This document shows positions 12,201-22,300 of a DNA stretch of 64,000 nucleotides, piece by piece (within the stretch, counting starts at the first letter, position 1; every line of letters begins with the position of its first letter). Source of the stretch: Callorhinchus milii (taxonomy: Eukaryota); contig NW_024704751.1 of NCBI RefSeq assembly GCF_018977255.1, positions 868,001 through 932,000 on the forward strand, in the 5' to 3' direction. A program made the position numbers and the translations under genes. The notes beneath the pieces were generated by a model that had not been told where the DNA came from, ran no database searches, and worked only from the letters and a program-made list of their open reading frames with translations.

Positions 12201-14735
12201 TGCATTCCCTTCCAACAATCTATCTCTGGGATTTCCACATGTAAGGTGGGCTGCATGGAATTGTCAGCTTGGTTTGGAAACAGTTATAATAATAATAATC
12301 CTTGCATTTGATATAGCACTTTTCACATCTTCTAGATGTCTCAAAGCGCTTCACAGAATATCCTGTAAAGTTAATTGACTTTATATTTGTGGGCGAAACT
12401 TGGCAGCCAATTATTGCGCACAGCAGCGTCCCACAAACAGTCATGGATTGAAGTGACCAATTTATTATTCTTTTTTTTCTTGAGGGATTATTATCAGGCG
12501 TGTGGAGTAAGGAAACTTGCCCAAGGTTTTGCCCTGCAAACCCAGGTCTCTTTCAACCACTGAGCCACAGGACTCCACAATATTATTATCTCTGGGATTT
12601 CCATGTGTAGGTGGGATCATGGAATTCTCAGCTTGGTTTGGATACTGTTAAGGATGGTGATGGGTTCTCGCCCGTGTCAGGCTGTCAAAAGAAAAGGGAG
12701 TCTCGGGATTGTTATCAGGAGTCAGAACCTGGTCAATCTCCTCCACTCAATAGTCCAGAGGGGGTTGAGGTCACTCACAGACCCGCATGCTGCCCGAGCC
12801 CAGACCTCTCTTATCATAACTAATGAGAGGAAAGTGTTGTACCTGCTGACTGCTGGGTCAAGAAGGTTGGTGCTCCAGTTTTGGAGAGTGCTCTTTGGGC
12901 CAAGACGGAGGCAGAGGGAGTGATGGCGGATCCACTCAGCTGCTTCTTCAGGACACGTTTGGGCCCATCATTCGGTGGCGGAGTCATTAGCTTTGGGAGC
13001 AAACAGACAGCTACAATTACAAGGTACCAGGGATTATGTGGAGAGACTAGAGAGGCTGGTGGGGTCGGTTGGGGGGGGGGGAGTGGGGTCGGTGGGGGGG
13101 GGGAGTGGGTCGGGGGGGGGGAGGGGGTCGGTTGGGGGGGGGAGGGGGTCGGTGGGGGGGGGGAGTGGGGTCGGTTGGGGGGGGGGGGGGGTCGGTTGGG
13201 GGGGGGTGGGGTCGGTGGGGGGGGGAGTGGGGTCGGTTGGGGGGGGAGGGGGTCGGTGGGGGGGGGGAGGGGGTCGGTTGGGGGGGGGGGGGGGTCGTGG
13301 GGGGGGGGGGGGCGGGGGAGTGGGGTCGGTTGGGGGGGGGAGTGGGGTCGGTTGGGGGGGGGGGAGTCGGGGTCGGTTGGGGGGGGGGGGGAGGGGGTCG
13401 GTTGGGGGGGGGGGGGGAGTGGGGTCGGTTGGGGGGGGGTGGGTCGGTTGGGGGGGGGGGGAGTGGGGTCGGTTGGGGGGGGGGAGTGGGGTCGGTTGGG
13501 GGGGCGGGNNNNNNNNNNNNNNNNNNNNNNNNNTCGGTTTGGGGGGGGAGTGGGTCGGTTGGGGGGGGAGTGGGGTCGGTTGGGGGGGGGGAGTGGGGTC
13601 GGTTGGGGGGGGAGTGGGGTCGGTTGGGGGGGAGTGGGGTCGGTTGGGGGGGGGGAGTGGGTCGGTTGGGGGGGGGAGTGGGGTCGGTTGGGGGGGGGGG
13701 AGTGGGGTCGTGTTGGGGGGGGTGGTCGGGGGGGGAGTGGGGTCGGTTGGGGGGGGGGAGTGGGGTCGGTTGTGGGGAGTGGGGTCGGTTGGGGGGGGAG
13801 TGGGGTCGGTTGGGGGGGGGGAGTGGGGTCGGTTGGGGGGGGAGTGGGGTCGGTTGGGGGGGGAGTGGGTCGGTTGGGGGGGGATGGGGTCGGTTGGGGG
13901 GGGGAGTGGGTCGGTTGGGGGGGGAGTGGGGTCGGTTGGGGGGGGGGAGTGGGGTCGGTTGGGGGGGGGAGTGGGTCGGTTGGGGGGGGAGTGGGGTCGG
14001 TTGGGGGGGGGGGAGTGGGGTCGGTTGGGGGGGGAGTGGGGTCGGTTGGGGGGGGGAGTGGGGTCGGTTGGGGGGGGGAGTGGGGTCGGTTGGGGGGGGG
14101 AGTGGGGTCGGTTGGGGGGGGGGGGGGGTCGGTTGGGGGGGGAGTGGGGTCGGTTGGGGGGGGGAGGGGTCGGTTGGGGGGGGGTGGGGTCGGTTGGGGG
14201 GGGAGTGGTCGGTCGGTTGGGGGGGGGAGTGGGGTCGGTTGGGGGGGGAGTGGGGTCGGTTGGGGGGGGGAGTGGGGTCGGTTGGGGGGGGGAGTGGGGT
14301 CGGTTGGGGGGGGAGTGGGGTCGGTGGGGGGGAGTGGGGTCGGTTGGGGGGGGGAGTGGGGTCGGTTGGGGGGGAGTGGGGTCGGTGGGGGGGGAGTGGG
14401 GTCGGTTGGGGGGGAGTGGGGTCGGTTGGGGGGAGTGGGGTCGGTGGTGTGGGGGGGAGTGGGGTCGGTTGGGGGGGGAGTGGGTCGGTTGGGGGGGAGT
14501 GGGGTCGGTTGGGGTAACAGTACAATGGGCCGAATGGCCTCCTTCTGTGCTCTCAGGTTTTGCTCCGGGGTCCGGGCCGCCTCCCCACCGCGGGCCCCAC
14601 GCCCTCTCCCTCCCGGGCCGCAGGTTCCGAGCCCCGCGCCCTCGGCCTCCCCGCCAGGTCCCGGCCCCTCTCCCGGTACCGTACCCGTTTGTCGTGGCGC
14701 AGACGCGGCGGCTCCAGGTTCTCTTTGGCGCTCAT
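9229..14735 (-). CDS. AURKB: Aurora kinase B (B/C class), 8 coding exons, 363 aa
   Basis: Exons 14685-14735 (MSAKEN, KEN box), 12843-12990, 11596-11659, 11301-11489, 10793-10931, 10018-10166, 9584-9758, 9229-9405 (TGA); total 1092 nt in frame. Kinase motifs [40 protein letters not shown]-type residues LYNYFYD (Aurora A has G) and GELYK (Aurora A has GTVY), and C-terminus [10 protein letters not shown]. Confidence 0.93.
12286..12580 (-). mobile_element. Same tRNA-derived SINE family, internally deleted (AURKB intron 2)
   Basis: Head remnant at ~12540-12580, core and (TTA)n tail. Confidence 0.8.
13058..14515. repeat. G-rich minisatellite (~20-23 bp unit G7-10AGTGGGGTCGGTT) filling most of AURKB intron 1, with a 25-N assembly gap
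   Basis: Directly visible tandem array; Ns at 13509-13533. It explains the Gly/Pro-rich 480-660 aa ORFs in the track. Confidence 0.95.
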
Positions 14736-14769
14736 CCCTGTTCTCGGCTGCTCTGCGCACGCAGCTCCT

Positions 14770-14940
14770 TTTAAATCCCAACCGCCACCCGCCCGGCCCG
14801 CGCATTGGTGAGCGTCACTACAGCCTGTGATTGGTCAGCGCCACGGGAGCCTGTGATTGGCCAGTGCCCCGGTAGGCTGTGATTGGCCAGCGCCCCGGGA
14901 GCCTGTGATTGGCCAGCGCCCCGGGAGCCTGTGATTGGCC
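14770..14940 (-). promoter_or_regulatory. AURKB G2/M-type promoter: CHR-like TTTAAA, GC-rich CDE-like element and six CCAAT (NF-Y) boxes in a 26-bp tandem repeat
   Basis: TTTAAA at 14770-14775, 35 nt upstream of the ATG; TGGCGG on the minus strand just upstream of it; ATTGG starting at 14804, 14830, 14856, 14882, 14908 and 14934; CpG-rich context. Confidence 0.75.
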
Positions 14941-15009
14941 AGTGAGAACCATCTATGTCTGGCAGCTGCACAAAGACGAGGGGGGGGAGGGGGGCAGTCA
15001 GTGTCAGTA

Positions 15010-15015
15010 TTTATT
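15010..15015 (-). terminator. Probable distal NUP88 polyadenylation signal
   Basis: TTTATT at 15010-15015 (another at ~15145-15150) ends the AT-rich region downstream of the NUP88 stop. Confidence 0.5.
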
Positions 15016-16305
15016 GACTACAAAATACAGCAAAATAAGTTCACAAAAAGATACTTACAAATGTATAGACTTTTTTTTAAAGTAGAAAAACGGGCTTCGC
15101 TGGTCACCGGGTGCAGTATCTCTTTTAAAAGTTATAACATTTGCTTTATTTTCCCTGAACATCATTATAGCTTTGAAACAGAATTCTGTAATTACAGAGA
15201 ACACTTCCCCTCTCTTCTTAATGTGGGAACCGACCCATACACACATCAAACATTGCTTTTCAACATTGCTCGGTAATGGTATCTGATCATCCGGGCAGAA
15301 ACCTTATCATCATACTCAACGTCTCCAACCCAAAGTACTGAGTTCCACATATAGTCTCTGTCTGACATGGAGAGCACACTATCTCACCAGAGGTTACATG
15401 TTTACCTAAGCCTGGAGAGTTTAGGTACAGGTTGTCAAGAACCAAGCCTAGTCCCCAGAGTGAATGAAATAAAAAATTATGCTTTCAAAACAAACCGCCT
15501 CTGATTGAAGTACTTCAAAGACTAACTTACAGGAGCTCCGTTGTATACTGAATACCTGATAGGTGACAGACAGCAGAACGAGAGAATTTAAAACAAAGCA
15601 ACTTCAGGGAGGGGAGAGAATATGGGAAAAGAAAGTGTTCAGAGGACTTGAAAAGACAACCTCACCATGCACTTTTCCCAATGGGCTTTGGAGAGCAGTT
15701 TAACATACTGTATAAGTAACAGACTCTTAAAAAGGCTAAAAACTCCTGCATGGAGCAACAGAACAGAGACTGGCACAGTCTGAGCTCAGGCTCTTCCCCG
15801 AGAGGGATCAGAGAATTGGGAGCTGAAGCTGATCTCAGAGCAGTGCATCCAGTACAGAAATTCTTAATACTAATGAGTGTTTGCGTGCTAAGAATCCCAC
15901 AGTCCAGAGAGGCTTTTTCATAACTTGCAGTCAATGGAGTTTTCAACAGTTCATATGAGGTGGGAGACTTTCACCACCCCACTTTCTTGCTGGCAAAGCA
16001 TCACATCTATTAATGAAAAGCATGTTTAGTAATCCTGAACTTTGCAAAACCAGAAGTGAATGACATATACTGTATAACTGGGGTCTTTACGTCCACCTGG
16101 TGGAATTGCACCCATAATGAAACTCTTTCCAGTTTGAAAAGAGACTTTTATTACAAACAAATGGATGGATTCACATTGGCGTTGTTAGAAAACAAGAGTA
16201 GCTTTGGTTGTTGTGGTAAACTCCCTGGGTGAGGGAGTGGCCAGGCTGCACACATCTCCTTGCACTGTACAACAATGGGCACTTGCTGGAGAGAGTGGGT
16301 GAACT

Positions 16306-19300
16306 TCAAAAGTTTACGTGGAGCCGGATGTCATTCATCCTCTTCACCATTTCAGCGATTTGCTCGCTCCTGTGCGAGAGAGAAAGAAAAAAGGTTTCAG
16401 TGAAAATCCAAATAATCAATCAAAATGTAGTAACTTGCAAATAATTTTCAGCAGACATGACCTATTATATTTACCATTCCTTTCCTACCCACCTGTGAAG
16501 GGATATTGCAAGAAAAGTAATGCTTCTGACTTTATTTGTGTAACATCATAAAAAGACGCAATAAGGAAAGAACAGGGGATTGGGGTTAGAGAGCTCCGTG
16601 ACTCTCGTGAGCACCAGCACCAGGAATGTTACCTCCCACTGTGAACATTCCGATTCCCTTTACTCATCAGATAATCCCCGATAGGAGCAACAACTTGCAT
16701 TTATATAGCACCTTTCCCGCAGGGTAGCATCTCCAACACATTTCCGCCTTCAGTCAGGGAGTGGGACAGAGTGAGAGGCAGCCTCTGTAGCCACTGCCAG
16801 TAGTAACCTGTGGAGCCTCCCCACTAAGTAAAAGGCTGATTCAATACGTACTCCTCCTTTAACACTGAGTGGATGCATTTCTTCTGGGAAGCACTCAATG
16901 TAATGCTCCTTCTCCGTGGGCTTGCTCCTTGCTGGATTTCCCGCTGCTGGTATTCAGTCTTCATCTGCACCTGAAGGAACAAGGCAAGAAAAGCAAAAAG
17001 CTTTAGTCCTGTTCCAGCTCTACATGGGGATCATCAGGTCATTGCGAACAGATTCTCTGGGCTTGTGTGACAGACTCCACTGAAAGCCAAAATAGAGAAA
17101 AGACCTTTATAGCATCTTATTCCATCAAAACATCCCCACACCAGAAAGTAACTAATGTTGACCAGGACACAGGGGAAAAACTCCCTCGTCCTTTCCAATA
17201 GCATCAAGGGATCTTTAACATCCACCTGAAAAACAGGTAAGCTTAACATCTTACCCGAAGCACACAACTCAATGCAAGGCTCTCATCAGAGCTGAGCCCT
17301 TCATCCCAGGTGGTGAATCAACTCTGGTTGCCTTTCAACCCCAGTGTACAACGTCCTACGGTTGGAAACCCAAACTAGCACAACACTAACAAACACCAGT
17401 ATTACCGTGACAACACTGCTCAATGACAGAAGCCAGGGGAGGAGAGGACAACAAAAACCACAGGTTTCCTGCTCCTAATCACTATTCTCTGCTGGGCTCG
17501 GTGACAATAGCCGTCAACATTCACAATGGTTTACATTTGCTTGGCCAAGGTAGCAGTGAGTTTTGCTGCCAGTCAGCATCATGTTTAACAGAGAACACCA
17601 TGTTTAATTGAGAAGCCTGCCAGCACCTGTTTGATGTTGTTCTCCAGGTGCTTGAGCTGGTCGTGAACGATCCGAATCTCTTTCTTCATGTTTTTCTCAC
17701 TGTCTGACAGAACTGGTAACTGTGAATGGAAACTGCGGAGAACTCGCTTCACCCTGGGAAAGAAGGACAGAAATTCCTCATCAACTAGAGAGAAACAACT
17801 GGTTTCTTTTTTTAATCGCACCTTATGTCTCAGATTGTCTCACAATTAATCACTGGTAAGTGTAGGGACTGTTTTTGTTGCCATTAGTGCCAGAAAGTTT
17901 GTACGAACAGCTGTGGGGTGAATGACCAATGTTTCAGGAGGATGCGGTCAAGAGAAATAGTGTCATGGAATCTTTACTACCCAATCAAAAGGTAGAGGGG
18001 ACTTTGGTTCAAGGTTTTGTTGGATAATGCAGCGCTCCCTCCCCCACCACTCTAGCCTGTGAGCTCATGTCCCAATGTGGGGCTTTCTAACTAAGAAGCG
18101 GAACTACAACTCAACAACTACTTGCATTTATTCACACTGGATAACATCTTGGAACACTTAACAGTGGCAGAGCTTGACACCAAGCTGGGAAGAGTAACTA
18201 TAGGTACAGTCAAAGAAGAGCCCTGGGATGAAGGTCTTAGCTCTAATGAGAGCCTTGCATTGAGTTGTGTGCTTTGGGTAAGATGTTAAGCTTACCTGTT
18301 TTTCAGGTGGATGTTAAAGATCCCATGACTATTGGAAAGGACAAGGGAGTTTTTCCTGTGTCCTGGTCAACATTAGTTACTTTGTGGTGTGGGGATGTTT
18401 TGATCAGGTGTGATCTGAAGGGATCAGGCAAGCGGGCGACCCTCTGAATCAAGGTGACAGCCACACCATGCACCCACTACAACAACAACTTGCATTTATA
18501 TAGCGGGTAACATCCCGAGCGCTTCACACCCACCCACTTTATACAGAGAAAACACACAGAGGAACAGGGAAGAAAAACAGCTGTTAAGACGTTACATTTC
18601 TCGTACCTGCTCATGATGTCCTCCTGCTTTTCTTTCGCTTCCTCGTATTTGTCCGCAAGCCTCTCGGCCATTTCTCGCAGACTCCTCCTGATGAGCAGGA
18701 TTGAGATCAGAGACTTTAGAAGCTGCTGCTGGCGTTAACTGCTAAACCAAATTAAACCAGCTCCATTCAACCAAGGAAAGTGAAGCCGTATCCCCGAGGC
18801 CTGAGCTGGATCTAAGGCCAGTGGGGGCTGCAGTGAGACACAGCTCGGGCTCAATGGTTCTGTACAATCCTCTGGACACAAATGACTTCTCAAAAACCAG
18901 TGAGATGTGAGTGTGTCTGTATATACATATTGTCACCCAGCTCATGCCGCACAAAGACCTCTCAGTATTAGAGATAATAATAATCCGTGAAATTAATATA
19001 GCACTGTATCACGTCGGAATGATGTCTCAAAGCACTTCACACTATTTACTGTGAAATGGAGTAACTATGTTTATAGGCAAATGTGGCAGCACAATTGCGC
19101 ATAGTAATATCCCCAAAACAAGCATGAAACCAGTGACCAATTTTATTGGGGATTGTTAGCCAGGAGAGTATTAGGCATCATTATTATTATTATTATTATT
19201 ACAATGAGGAGTACACCCACACGCTCTGTACTCACTTCTCCTCGCGGCAGTGCTGCAGATCGTCCAGCTGCTTCTCCTTCTGGCTGCCCAGCAGCTTCAC

Positions 19301-22300
19301 TCTGTCAATGATAATCAAATAAATACGTCTGAGCACAAATCTGCTTTACCCCAGTAACTCAAATCACTTCAGAGCCTATGTGGTTGGTTTGCCCACGCTC
19401 TCAGAAAGACATCTCACGGCGCTGGACAGTTAAGGATTTACCTCCAAGCTGGGGGTTAGAATCAAGAGGGGTGGAGGGTATGGAGGGTGGACGAAGGTAC
19501 AATCAAAGAGGATGGTTTTCAGACGGGCCTTGAAGGAGGTAAGGGAAAGGGCGAGGCAAAGGGATTCCGGGATGGAGTTCCAGAGGGTGGGGCAGAAAAG
19601 CTGAAGGTCCGATTGATGGTGGGGTGGGCAGGGCGGGAGACATGGTGCAGGTCAGTGCCACAGAGTGGAGGGAGTGGACAGGTTGGTAAGGTGTTAATAG
19701 GTCACAGACCTAGGAGGTGCAAGACCAAAGACTGACCGCTGCACAGTTAGCAGCAGAAACACAGTCAGTCACCCTTGCGAGACCAATTCACCTGCGCACT
19801 ATCTCTTCGCGTGCAAGGGCCTGTTTGAGGATGTACTCCTCTCTGAAGACCTGTGTGGCTCGGCTCAGAAGCTGCAAACATTCCTGTGGTGGAGGAGCAC
19901 CCTCCGCATCAGAGGACCTGCACAGAGAGAGAGCGAGATTATAGGAACATCTGGTGCTGAATTCCCATGTGGCATGATTCATCTGTGCATGAAAACACAG
20001 GGATAGAAAGATGTTCTGTACCTCAGGAGCAGAGGGTTGGTGGAACTCCGCCGTAAAATGTTCCCGATGTGCTGCTCGAAAGAATTGTCCGTAAAATTCC
20101 GCAGCGGCGAGGCCATGAAATCTGTCTCTGCCTTTGATATCAGTAGGGGCGGCGAGGTGGGGCGTGTAGTGCTCCTGCCAACACACAGCAAGGCAACAGA
20201 TCACACAAAGAGATGGGCAAAGCAGCACAAGCACATTCTTCCCATTGACTGCATGCTACCTTAGCTCTACTATCAGGAGACATAGACAGTGAATGGATCC
20301 CACTGAACAGAACCCAGGATTGGTGACAAGAAATACGAGTCTCACCACAAGTCTGTTCTTTTTGCTTTGAGATGTTTCAACGAAACAATAAGGTATTAAA
20401 GTTATATCAAATACAAGAATTATTATTACTCAGTTACAGCAACTGACCTCAGGGGCACTACAAATATGCAAATGATTACTAAGTTTATGGGGTTTGTCAT
20501 ACAAGTACTCACAACAATGGTCTTATGATGCATTCGAATGAATCCGTTATACAAATCATTGCAGCTCCCAGGGAAAGGTCGGAGATGATCCAGAATCCCT
20601 GAATGGGCGCAGGACTGCTGTGAAGTTACAGAACAGAACCACAATCAGCCAGGTTGATGTGGCCATGGCATCGCTTGCACTGAGACAAACTCTCTAGTAA
20701 ACTACTGCAGTGGCATTCCTGAGTTTGTTGACACTGTGATTGATTCACCAATCAGGGGATGAACCTTTTACCCTCTGAAAATCGGTTACAAACCAGTGTT
20801 GAAATGGTGAGTAATGAGGACGGCTACCTGCAGGGCAGAGGCTTGGTGCACAGGATGTGTTCCACAATGCATTTCTGATCAGCTGCCAACTCCTGCAGCC
20901 CGTCTCTATCCTCTTCACCTAGAGAGAGACACAAGATCGTAACCCATCAAACTCACACCCAGCAGCTCGCACAGATATATTAACTTTTTCCTTACTCCAC
21001 TCGCCTGTTTACCTAGCAGTGAGTAGGAACCTGGTTGTTAGTTGATTGGTGGATTACTACCCGGGGATAATAATCCCTTCAAAAAATAACAACTCGATCC
21101 ACGACTGTTTGTGGGACACTCCTGTGCACAACTGGCTGCCGTGTTTCGCCCACAAAACGCAGTCAATTCATTTTACAGTATATTCTTTGAAGCACTTTGA
21201 GATATCTCAATGACGTGATAAAGCGCTGTATCAAATGCAACTATTATTATTAACTTAGTAATGGTTTCACCAGGGGTGGGAAAGGCAAACTTCCACTTTC
21301 TGAATGTTCACCAGGTCTGGCCAATCCACACTCTGACATTTCTCCCCACTTTGCCAGCTTTCGGAAATAGCCAATACCTCAGATACCGTATAGCTAACGA
21401 AACACAAACGTGCAGTGATTAACAAATGATGTTGAGGTGTATCTGTATCACCCATTTCATTTCACAAGGCTTGCCACAACAGCATTCGCTCCCACTGTTT
21501 GTGCCTATTAGACCTACCTGAACTGAGGAACCTCTCCAGTTTGCTGACCCAGGTCAGTCCCACACTGTGCACACCAGCCGTGTGGGTGCAGTGATATCGT
21601 GTTGGACACAGCGGATCTGCAAGGAAACCAGGAGAGAGCACAATCAGTGGGATGGCCTAACTCCACACACTCGCTGTTCGGCCACCCCACTGACTGTACT
21701 GAGACAGATATCATTTGGGACTTTATATGCGCACAATAAACCCCCGACATATCCTCCATATGGGTGCAAGCGGGATCCGCAGCGTACCTTTGTGCAGTCT
21801 GATGGGGCAGGAGAAGTCCAGCTGTGAGGCTCATCGTCCTCATCCCCAGCCGCCAGCTTCAGAGCCAATTCCAGTTCCACGCACTCAAACACATAGAGAG
21901 AGGGCACCGTCTCCAACCTCGGGTCCCAGCATTCACTGGACTAGGGCCAACACACAAGTAAACTTTCAATGAATATCCCCGTGGTACAGTATGATATATG
22001 TATCAGAAGCTGTAACCCCTCCCCCCCCACACACAGTTATCCTATCTTACCGTCTGCTCCTCCTCCTCATCCCCCTCCAGAACTACACAGTGGTACAGCA
22101 TGCCGGACTCTGTAGCAATAATCAGGATGTTGGGGACACAGGGAAGGCAGAGCACCGCGCAGGCATCATAGCCGTAGTTATCCTCTGCGGCTGGGTGCAT
22201 AGGCAGAGGTCCCAGTAACTTCCCAATACTGCCAGTGCTAGGAGGACAGAGGAAGGCAATGTCATAGTCACTTCACACAGACAACAAGATCCTCAGCTCA

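Noticed and set aside
9229-14735. Assignment as Aurora A or as a processed pseudogene
   Set aside because: B-type diagnostic residues, short N-terminus, seven introns, intact frame and a G2/M-type promoter.
12820-14830. Long 480-660 aa Gly/Pro-rich ORFs on both strands
   Set aside because: Translations of the G-rich minisatellite, open in many frames and spanning an N gap. Only 12843-12990 and 14685-14735 are real AURKB exons.
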